IMG/VR virus record: IMGVR_UViG_2579778539_000003
DNA: 50,145 nucleotides
Source: a virus
Lineage: Duplodnaviria; Heunggongvirae; Uroviricota; Caudoviricetes
Strand: one strand, 5' to 3'
Shown here: positions 1-8,739 of the stretch, one piece after another
Layout of the letters: each line of letters begins with the position of its first letter
Position numbering within the stretch: position 1 is the first letter of the stretch
Notes under the pieces: model-generated
Seen by the model: only the letters and a program-made list of their open reading frames with translations
Database searches by the model: none
Told to the model about the DNA's origin: nothing
Position numbers and translations under genes: made by a program

Positions 1-1284
1 TTACAGACTTCTGGAAGGTTGCGCAGCTCTTACAACACGCGGTTGATCTTCCGCAGCGTCTTCCAGCGCACTTAAATCACGGTCTTTCACCTCTGGCATT
101 TTCAGCGCAGAGATTAAACCAATCACTGAATATGCCATGATCATAATGGCGATCGGATACCAGGATTCCGTCATGGTGCAGAAAATACCCGCCAGGATAG
201 GACCAAAACCGGAAGCGATAAGACCACCAATTTCTTTAGAAATAGCCATCCGGGTAAAGCGGTTTTTACAGCCGAACATTTCTGCCATGGTAATGTTTTC
301 CAGAGCAAATAATCCCAGCACCGCACAGTTATGAATCACAATCAGTGCAACCATAATGGTGCTCGGGGCATAGCTTTTATCTACAATGATAGAAAGCATT
401 GGCCATGCCAGCACAATCGCGGAGGTATTCATAATAATATACGGGATCCGGCGACCAATTTTATCGGATAACCAACCAAGGAACGGAATGGTCATAAAGC
501 CGAGAATCGAACTGATCATCAATGCATCTGTTGGAATTGCTTTGTTAAACAATAACGTCTGCACTAAATAGCCTGCAAGGAAAGTCTGAATTAACCCGGA
601 GTTACCCGCCTGACCAAAACGCAGCCCTGTTGCCAGCCAGAAGGATTTGCTCTGGAACATGCTACCAGCAGGTGCAGGTTTTGCTGTCGGTTGGTTACTG
701 TCGTTAACCTTCTCAAAGACCGGGCTTTCTTTCAGATTCATACGCAACCAGATAGCAAAGACCATCACGACAACGCTCGCCAGGAACGGTATACGCCATC
801 CCCACGCCAGCAGTTCCTCTTTACTGAGAATGAAGAACATAAAGGCCCAGATTGCCGTTGCGCTCAAGGTTCCGCAGTTAGTTCCCATAGCCACAAATGA
901 GGAGATAATTCCGCGCTTACCTTTTGGCGCATATTCCGCCAGCATCGTACCGGCACCGGAAATTTCCGCACCTGCACCCAACCCCTGAATAATACGCAAC
1001 GTCACCAGCAAGATGGGTGCAAAAACACCAATCTGTGCATAGGTCGGTAACACACCAATTAAGGTGGTACAGATCCCCATCATGGTGATGGTAATAAAGA
1101 GCACTTTTTTACGCCCTATTCTGTCGCCCATTTTGCCGAAAATAAATGCTCCGACAATACGCGCCACATAACCTGCACCGTAGGTTCCCATTGCCAGAAT
1201 TAACGCCATTGCCGTTGATGATTCAGGAAAAAATATTTCATGAAACACTAACGCTGCGCCGAGCGAATATAACTGGAAATCCAT
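1..1284 (-). CDS. ydfJ: MFS (metabolite:H+ symporter family) transporter, YdfJ-like; apparently 5'-truncated at the prophage junction
   Basis: 427-aa ORF with GDRIGRKK loop motif typical of MHS transporters; first Met falls inside the conserved TM1 motif region and an in-frame TGA lies 2 codons upstream (1288-1290). Confidence 0.8.
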   Translation of the reverse strand: MDFQLYSLGAALVFHEIFFPESSTAMALILAMGTYGAGYVARIVGAFIFGKMGDRIGRKKVLFITITMMGICTTLIGVLPTYAQIGVFAPILLVTLRIIQGLGAGAEISGAGTMLAEYAPKGKRGIISSFVAMGTNCGTLSATAIWAFMFFILSKEELLAWGWRIPFLASVVVMVFAIWLRMNLKESPVFEKVNDSNQPTAKPAPAGSMFQSKSFWLATGLRFGQAGNSGLIQTFLAGYLVQTLLFNKAIPTDALMISSILGFMTIPFLGWLSDKIGRRIPYIIMNTSAIVLAWPMLSIIVDKSYAPSTIMVALIVIHNCAVLGLFALENITMAEMFGCKNRFTRMAISKEIGGLIASGFGPILAGIFCTMTESWYPIAIMIMAYSVIGLISALKMPEVKDRDLSALEDAAEDQPRVVRAAQPSRSL

Positions 1285-1391
1285 AATTCACAGGTGTTTT
1301 TTCCCATCCTGTGGTTTCCTTGGCGTTTTCTAGGTTTTTTCAGATAGTTGCATTTTTTAAAAAGCATCCTAAGTTCGATCTCAGTGTCTAT

Positions 1392-1400
1392 CTGGGGCCT
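1392..1400. repeat. IS1 target-site duplication, left copy (CTGGGGCCT)
   Basis: Identical 9-mer directly flanks both IS1 ends. Confidence 0.85.
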
Positions 1401-1455
1401 GGTGATGCTGCCAACTTACTGATTTAGTGTATGATGGTGTTTTTGAGGTGCTCCA

Positions 1456-1731
1456 GTGGCTTCTGTTTCTATCAGCTGTCCCTCCTGTTCAGCTACTGAC
1501 GGGGTGGTGCGTAACGGCAAAAGCACCGCCGGACATCAGCGCTATCTCTGCTCTCACTGCCGTAAAACATGGCAACTGCAGTTCACTTACACCGCTTCTC
1601 AACCCGGTACGCACCAGAAAATCATTGATATGGCCATGAATGGCGTTGGATGCCGGGCAACTGCCCGCATTATGGGCGTTGGCCTCAACACGATTTTACG
1701 TCACTTAAAAAACTCAGGCCGCAGTCGGTAA
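1456..1731 (+). CDS. insA: IS1 InsA
   Basis: 91-aa [27 protein letters not shown]..., recognisable IS1 InsA. Confidence 0.9.
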
Positions 1732-2153
1732 CCTCGCGCATACAGCCGGGCAGTGACGTCATCGTCTGCGCGGAAATGGACGAACAGTGGGGCTATGTCG
1801 GGGCTAAATCGCGCCAGCGCTGGCTGTTTTACGCGTATGACAGTCTCCGGAAGACGGTTGTTGCGCACGTATTCGGTGAACGCACTATGGCGACGCTGGG
1901 GCGTCTTATGAGCCTGCTGTCACCCTTTGACGTGGTGATATGGATGACGGATGGCTGGCCGCTGTATGAATCCCGCCTGAAGGGAAAGCTGCACGTAATC
2001 AGCAAGCGATATACGCAGCGAATTGAGCGGCATAACCTGAATCTGAGGCAGCACCTGGCACGGCTGGGACGGAAGTCGCTGTCGTTCTCAAAATCGGTGG
2101 AGCTGCATGACAAAGTCATCGGGCATTATCTGAACATAAAACACTATCAATAA
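1650..2153 (+). CDS. insB: IS1 InsB frame (expressed as InsAB' transposase by -1 frameshift in the A-run near 1706-1716)
   Basis: 167-aa ORF overlapping insA 3' end in -1 frame; TTAAAAAACTC slippery region. Confidence 0.85.
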
Positions 2154-2168
2154 GTTGGAGTCATTACC

Positions 2169-2177
2169 CTGGGGCCT
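2169..2177. repeat. IS1 target-site duplication, right copy (CTGGGGCCT)
   Basis: Identical 9-mer to 1392-1400. Confidence 0.85.
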
Positions 2178-2663
2178 ATTTCTGTCCCATATATGCCCCA
2201 AAAAAACTCCCCAACAGATAAGTAGTTTTTTCATGGATTTATGCGTAAAATCAAGAACGGCTGGAAATCATTCAATACTCACACTATCGAAAAATTTACC
2301 AGCCAACCGCAGCACGTTCTTGCATAAGGCGTGTCTGCGGTTTTTCAACTATTCAGATACATCACTCCCATCACATTCATTCCTCCGCATCAAAGGCATA
2401 TAGGCTATATCACCTTGATATTTTTCTTTTTCAGATAAAAACTGTTATCTATGTATACTTTTAAACCCAATCCGTGTAGAGTCTCTGCATAAGATAGTTT
2501 GCAGTTGCCGCTTCAGCTTGCGCCATAACCGCCTGATTTTTGCTGCCACCTGTTAGCATTCCTGTATACCTGAAACGACAATGTTTATCTACGAACTTTA
2601 AGAACACCCAAGATAAAAATTGTCAACTATATCATATATAACACATTACTAATTCGAGGCTAT

Positions 2664-2777
2664 ATGAACAGCATACTGATAATCACTTCTCTCCTTATCA
2701 TATTCAGCATTTTTAGTCATGCCCTAATAAAATTAGGGATTGGCATATCCAATAACCCAGACAAAACCGATGTATAA
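2664..2777 (+). CDS. Candidate 37-aa hydrophobic small protein ([37 protein letters not shown])
   Basis: ATG preceded by GAGG 5 nt upstream; single predicted TM helix; below the ORF-track size cutoff. Confidence 0.3.
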
Positions 2778-2845
2778 GTCAACATATCCTGAATCAGACA
2801 TACAATATCGCAATGAAAATCAATAATATTTTAAGGAATATCTTC

Positions 2846-3079
2846 ATGAAATCAAAAGACACCCTAAAGTGGTTCCCTGCGCAGCTTCCTGAAGTAAGAA
2901 TTATCCTAGGGGATGCTGTAGTGGAAGTAGCAAAACAGGGAAGACCTATCAATACCAGAACATTGCTTGATTACATTGAAGGAAACATAAAGAAAAAATC
3001 ATGGCTGGATAACAAAGAATTATTACAAACAGCGATATCAGTTCTTAAAGACAACCAAAATTTAAATGGTAAAATGTAA
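2846..3079 (+). CDS. ydfK: YdfK-like small protein (Qin prophage, cold-shock associated)
   Basis: 77-aa product from MKSKDTLKWFPAQL...; AAGGA RBS upstream of ATG at 2846; synteny with pin. Confidence 0.7.
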   Translation: MKSKDTLKWFPAQLPEVRIILGDAVVEVAKQGRPINTRTLLDYIEGNIKKKSWLDNKELLQTAISVLKDNQNLNGKM

Positions 3080-3395
3080 TATAATAAACTTACTTTTTTA
3101 TCATTTTTCCACTTTAACAACATTTTGCTCCACTTTTCCACGACCAAACAACTTAAAATCTGGTTAAAATAACACGAAACACTATTCTTCTTCCTTGAGT
3201 CCGCCCGGAACTCGAAAAACAAACCGAGTTAAAGCCATTTTTCACAAAATCGATTTTGGGTCTCACCAAAATTACGGGGTTGCATACGCATTCGTTTATT
3301 TTCGAACGTGTACATACAAATGTGCACAAAAATAATCAAAATTATTTTCTGCGATGCATTATGATATGAACACCAATTTCGTATAGAGTCTCACT

Positions 3396-3986
3396 ATGTC
3401 TCGAATTTTTGCTTACTGTCGGATATCAACGCTGGATCAGACCACCGAAAATCAACGCCGGGAAATCGAAAGTGCAGGTTTTAAAATCAAACCTCAGCAA
3501 ATAATCGAAGAACACATTAGCGGCTCAGCAGCAACCAGTGAGCGTCCTAGTTTTAACCGGTTGCTTGCTCGCCTGAAATGTGGTGATCAATTGATTGTGA
3601 CAAAACTGGATCGCCTTGGTTGTAATGCAATGGATATCAGGAAAACAGTGGAACAACTGACCGAAACAGGTATCAGAGTGCATTGCTTAGCATTGGGGGG
3701 CATTGACTTGACCAGTCCAACAGGAAAAATGATGATGCAAGTAATTTCAGCAGTTGCTGAATTTGAACGAGACCTTTTACTTGAACGCACTCATTCCGGG
3801 ATAGTAAGAGCCCGCGGCGCAGGGAAACGTTTTGGTCGACCACCTGTGTTAAATGAAGAACAGAAACAGGTGGTATTCGAACGAATTAAGTCAGGTGTAA
3901 GTATAAGTGCCATTGCCCGGGAATTCAAAACCTCGCGGCAAACCATTTTAAGAGCCAAAGCAAAACTTCAGACACCTGACATATAA
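3396..3986 (+). CDS. pinQ: Serine DNA invertase (Pin/Gin/Hin/Cin family)
   Basis: 196-aa [23 protein letters not shown]... with catalytic-Ser N-terminal resolvase domain and C-terminal HTH. Confidence 0.9.
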   Translation: MSRIFAYCRISTLDQTTENQRREIESAGFKIKPQQIIEEHISGSAATSERPSFNRLLARLKCGDQLIVTKLDRLGCNAMDIRKTVEQLTETGIRVHCLALGGIDLTSPTGKMMMQVISAVAEFERDLLLERTHSGIVRARGAGKRFGRPPVLNEEQKQVVFERIKSGVSISAIAREFKTSRQTILRAKAKLQTPDI

Positions 3987-4083
3987 AAAATAATCTCGGT
4001 GTGAGATGCTTTACGTCTTCCAAGCCCCCTTCCTTGCCGTAAATGGAAAGATACATCTAATTAAAGAATTTATATGTTTTACC

Positions 4084-4659
4084 CTACGGCAGTGCTGGCC
4101 ATTCAATATCCTGTGCAGTTGACGTATCAACACGGTTCAGCAATACCCGATACTTTTTCCATGCTTCCAGCAACGAGATTTCTTCCTCCGTTGCAATTTC
4201 CAGATCTGCAGCATCCTGAAGCGGCGCAATATGCTCACTGGCTACCTGCATCAGGTTGTTTTTTGTTTCTTCCGCCTCCCGGATCCGGAACAGTTTTTCT
4301 GCTTCCGTATCCTTCACCCAGGCTGTGCCGTTCCACTTCTGAAACTCCCCTTCCGGCGATAACCAGGTAACATTTTTCGGTAACGGACCGAGTTCAGAAA
4401 TAAATAACGCGTCGCCGGAAGCCACGTCATAAACCGTTTTACCCCGATGATCTTCAACGAGATGCCACGATGACTCATCACTGTTGAAAACAGCCACGAA
4501 GCCAGCCGGAATATCTGGCGGTGCAATATCGGTACTGTTTGCTGGCAGACCTGTATGAGGCGGAATATATGCATCACCTTCACCAATAAATTCATTAGTT
4601 CCGGCCAGCAGATTATAAATTGTTATGGTCCGTGGTTGTTCACTCATTCTGAATGCCAT
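4084..4659 (-). CDS. tfaQ: Tail fibre assembly chaperone Tfa
   Basis: 191-aa [23 protein letters not shown]...; start ATG overlaps stf true-frame stop (TAATG). Confidence 0.9.
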   Translation of the reverse strand: MAFRMSEQPRTITIYNLLAGTNEFIGEGDAYIPPHTGLPANSTDIAPPDIPAGFVAVFNSDESSWHLVEDHRGKTVYDVASGDALFISELGPLPKNVTWLSPEGEFQKWNGTAWVKDTEAEKLFRIREAEETKNNLMQVASEHIAPLQDAADLEIATEEEISLLEAWKKYRVLLNRVDTSTAQDIEWPALP

Positions 4660-7600
4660 TATGCAAGCCTCACAATATAGTTAAATGCGATGTTTTTGAC
4701 GGTGTTTTCCGCGTTACCAGCAGCGTTAACGGTGATGGTGTGTCCATGTGAGCCAATCGCAACGGAGTGCGTATGAGCACCAATACCGACAGTATGTGCG
4801 TGTGCACCTGCGCTTGCAGAGTACCCGATACAGAGTGCGTATGAGCGCCTGCAGAAGAAGTGTTAACACTGTATTTAGAATAATCAGGTGATCCACTTCC
4901 CGGAGCACCACTGGAACCACCTGAAACAAATGTCATCGAATGGGTATGTGCACCGGCTGAAGCAGCCGTACCGCTAACACTATGGGTATGTGCACCAGTG
5001 TTATTCGTGGATTTAGTGCCGTAATCAAACGATGATGTGGTTTTCGTCCCCAAATCCGTACTGGATGCGCTGGCGCTGTGGGTGTGCGATTTAATGCCGT
5101 CCTGTTCCTGAGACAATACGGCACGACCACTGGCGGGCTTGCCCTTAATCGTCCAGCCACGCATATCAGGAATAACGCCTGACGGATAAGCCACTGCAAG
5201 TTTCGGGTATGCAGATTTGTCAAAAGTCTGCCCCTGCATCAGGGCATAGCCAGACGGAACGGTATCTGATGGCCACGGGATTGGTGCGCCGACTGGGTAG
5301 CTTTCTGGTGGAAGATTTTTCGAGGTATAAACTTCTGCCCAGTCATCCTCAAAACCATAACCGTCTCTTGAAGAACGGTAGAACAGACCACCATTTCTGT
5401 AATGCGCCTTCATCTGCAGGGTCCGGCAACTTCCGACTCCGGTATAGAAGTTAACCAGAATATAGCTGTCGCCAGAGCGAGTGACATTGTAAGCGCCTGA
5501 TTCGGCATTCCATGGAACGCCACCATCCGCATCGGCATATGTATCCGTTGCCCTTCTGGCAAAAGCAGCCACATGCGCGGCGGTTAAAGTAATATCTTTG
5601 GAACCATCAAACTCAACACCAGAAACCCGTCTTGGCGTTTGCAGCTTTGTTGCTGTTAATGCATTACCGTTCAGACTTGCGGACAGTTTGGTTCCAATAA
5701 CCAGTTCGCCGGTTGCGTTATCAATAGCAAACGGTCTTAATGTATTCCAGCCACCATAAACATCACCTTGATTGGTAAGCAGCAGGTAAGTTTTAGCGCC
5801 ATCATTACGCCATAATGCACCATACTCTCCACCTATCATTCGAATCTGATTACCACCACGCGCTACAATTTCGTCTGTGGCAAAAAGTTTTTTGCACGAC
5901 AAGTTATCGTTAACGATTAACGAATGAGACTCATAAAAACCACGCCCACTCTTAAAATCAAGGATAACGTCCGCCGCGATACATTCAGTCGCTGGATTTG
6001 TTGCCCCAAACTTATAGGTCGTATCATTAACAACGAGATCAGCACCAGGTGCGGATATTGACAGGCCATCTTCGATAAACGCAAAAACAGGGAAAGCAGC
6101 GCCATCAACATAGAACACAGAGCGCAAATCATCGCCCTTATTACTCATCATTATTGAGTGGATGGCTCGTTCATTGTTTTGATATTGCCAGAACATTCCA
6201 TAAGCATAACGCCCCCTGTCAGTCCAGCCACCAGGCATAACAAATCCGTTAAACTCGCAGTTATTCATCGGATCGCCTGCGGTTCGCGTTGCCGTGGTGA
6301 TAATGACCCTTGATGCCAGTTCGCTTACTGAGCCAGCAGAACGCATAACAACAACAGGGTAATATTTTCCAGATGTTGCACCTGCAGGAGCGTTAACCCG
6401 CACATAACGCATACCACGCTTATCAGCAAAGTCTGTTTTACTGACCGCGTTAATGTTGTTCAGGAAGCGTCCCTTATCGGGTATATCAGTGCCGTTCTGG
6501 TCTTTCTGCAGACGTTTCTCTGCATTGTCATAGGCTGATTTTACTGCCTTTGGCGTTGCCGCCAGCGTTTCAGACGTACTGTTGGTCGCACTGCTGAGCT
6601 GTACTATCCCCTTTTTCGTCGTGCTCGCATCCTCAAGCGCCACGGCGGATGCAATATCCTCTGCCCGTTTTGCTGCTGTCTCGGCGCGCGTTGCCGCGGA
6701 TTCCGCCGTACTTTTGCTCTGAGCTGCCGCCGTCGCACTGCCAGCTGCCTATGTCGCCTTCGTGGATGCCGTCGTGGCGCTGCCCTTCGCTGCTGACGCC
6801 TGTCTGGTCGCCTCATCTTTTGAAGCAGACGCCGATGATGCCGATGACGCCGCCGAACTGGCGGACGATGCGGCAGCCGTTTTTGAGGATTCTGCGCTGG
6901 TTTCCGACGCTTTCGCGTTCGTTTCGGATGTCTTCGCTGCGGAAGCAGACCTCGCTGCTGCGCTGGCCTGTTCAGTGGCTTCGCCAGCCTTCGTTGTGGC
7001 TGTTGAAGCAGACGATGCGGCGCTTTCTGCCGATTTTCCGGCGGCGGTGGCACTGGCTGAGGCCTGCCCGGCACTTGTTGACGCTGCACTGGCAGACGAC
7101 GCAGCCGCTGTTTTTGAGCCTGCCGCAGCCGAGGCGCTCTGTCCCGCTGCCGTTTCAGAAGACCTGGCGTTCGTCTCGGACGTTTTTGCCGCCTTCGCGG
7201 AAGTTCCTGCCGCTGTTGCCGAGGAGGCTGCACGACTGGCGCTCGAGGCTGCGCTCGTTTCTGATGATTTTGCCGCCTCTTTTGAAGCCGACGCATCCCT
7301 GGCTGAGGTGGCAGCTTCTGACGCTTTCGTGGTCGCGGTGGATGCAGAAGTGGCGGCTGATTGTTCTGACGCTGCCGCATTCGTTTCTGACGTTTTCGCC
7401 GCACCGGCACTGGTAGCCGCCGCGCTTTTTGAGGACTCTGCAGCGGCAGCACTTTTTGAGGCTTCAGTGGCCTTTGTTGATGCCGTTCCTGCGCTGGAAG
7501 ACGCTGACTGAGCCGACGACGCGGCCTGTCCGGCTGACGTGCTGGCTGCACGTGCTGAATCTGCAGCATCAGTCGCACGGGTTGCCGCCTCACTGGCAGA

Positions 7601-8008
7601 TGTGCTGGCATCACTGGCTGACTTCTTTGCGGCTGCCGTGTTCTGTGCCACCACGGACGCGTTACGCGCCACCTCTTCCACCATCAGTTCAAAACGACGC
7701 AGTGCCTCCGGACGGGCATCATCCTCCGTCATGGCACCGAGAAAATCATTCAGCGTACCGGGTTGAGAATCTTCATACACGGTGATGGTCCCGGCATGTG
7801 ACGGCGGGAATCCCTCCACCAACAGAATAACGCTGTACTGACCGTACTCAACGTCCATGCTGTAACGCCCGGCTTCATCCGGATTTTCTGAGGCCAGCGT
7901 GTTCACCACCACAGTGGTACTGTTACGTTTTGCTTTCAGCTGGATTGTGCAGTTCTGTACCGGTTTTCCTGTGCCGTCTTTCAGTACACCTGAAATCTTT
8001 ACTGCCAT
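4659..8008 (-). pseudogene. stf: Side tail fibre Stf (StfR-like, about 1116 codons) disrupted by an in-frame amber (6749-6751) and a 1-nt deletion near 4819-4821
   Basis: ORFs 6749-8014 and 4670-6643 are in the same frame, separated only by TAG; C-terminal 50 codons read out of frame, the other frame gives ...[15 protein letters not shown]...[11 protein letters not shown] ending at TAA 4659-4661. Confidence 0.8.
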
Positions 8009-8018
8009 ATTCACCCCA

Positions 8019-8046
8019 CAAAAAAGCCCGCCTGAACCGGCGGGCT
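8019..8046 (-). terminator. Rho-independent terminator downstream of lom
   Basis: AGCCCGCC-TGAACC-GGCGGGCT hairpin followed by U-run on the minus strand, immediately before the stf start. Confidence 0.5.
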
Positions 8047-8072
8047 GTCATAACACTGTGTTACCTGGCTAA

Positions 8073-8672
8073 TCAGAATTTATAACCGACACCCACGATG
8101 AAACCGTCAGTGCGCCAGTCGCCACTGCCGGAGCCTTCATAAGCAATATCAATGGCCACGGATTCGGTCGGGTTAAACTGCACGCCAGCTCCCCACGCCA
8201 GAGACGTGTTGCTGTGGCGACCGTCATCACTTCCTGTCAGCACATCGTGCGTTTTCCCCGTATTGTCGGTCACCTGCAGATAATCCCCGGAGAAAGTCGA
8301 CACACGGCTGTAAGCCACACCCGCCATCGCATACGCGCTGAACCATTCATTCACGCGCACAGACGGCCCCGCCATCACGCTGAACCAGCGGTTACGCACG
8401 GAATCTTCATGCCAGCGGGTATCGCTGTAATGCGTTTTTTGCTCATCTTCAGCGTTGGCATAACTGAATGACGTAATCAGCCCCAGCGTGTCCGTAAACT
8501 CATAACGGTATTTCACGTTAATCCCGTTCAGATTATCGCTGCCGGGAGCGTTCGTACGGGCATGAAGATACCCTGCGCTCAGTGTGGCCTGCTGCTCAGA
8601 CGCCCATGCAGGCGCACCGGATACGGCCAGACAGATGGCTGTGGACAAAATGGCTGCACAAACTTTACGCAT
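8073..8672 (-). CDS. lom: Lom outer-membrane protein (Ail/Lom family beta-barrel)
   Basis: 199-aa ORF with signal peptide and C-terminal ...GVGYKF; lambda position between J and stf. Confidence 0.9.
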   Translation of the reverse strand: MRKVCAAILSTAICLAVSGAPAWASEQQATLSAGYLHARTNAPGSDNLNGINVKYRYEFTDTLGLITSFSYANAEDEQKTHYSDTRWHEDSVRNRWFSVMAGPSVRVNEWFSAYAMAGVAYSRVSTFSGDYLQVTDNTGKTHDVLTGSDDGRHSNTSLAWGAGVQFNPTESVAIDIAYEGSGSGDWRTDGFIVGVGYKF

Positions 8673-8694
8673 AATTACCTCTCGCTTTTCTGCA

Positions 8695-8720
8695 ATAAAA
8701 AAGGCGCCATTTCTGGCGCC
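8695..8720 (-). terminator. Rho-independent terminator between J and lom
   Basis: GGCGCC-ATTTCT-GGCGCC hairpin followed by U-run on the minus strand. Confidence 0.5.
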
Positions 8721-8739
8721 CGTAAATGGGTTATAAAAT

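Larger units (their letters stand above)
1401..2168 (+). mobile_element. IS1: IS1 insertion sequence, 768 bp
   Basis: Begins GGTGATGCTGCCAACTTACTGAT and ends with the inverted terminal repeat ...AGTCATTACC; contains insA and insB. Confidence 0.95.

Noticed and set aside
3080-4083. Gin/Pin-type crossover sites (gix/pix) flanking an invertible segment
   Set aside because: No AAACC..GGTTT-type 26-bp palindromes found and only one tfa-stf cassette is present; cannot be excluded without alignment.
6604-7614. 336-aa Arg/Pro/Gln-rich minus-strand ORF and 249-255-aa Ala-rich plus-strand ORFs overlapping stf
   Set aside because: Alternate-frame readings of the repetitive Ala/Ser/Thr-coding stf rod region; the stf frame has the recognisable tail-fibre sequence.
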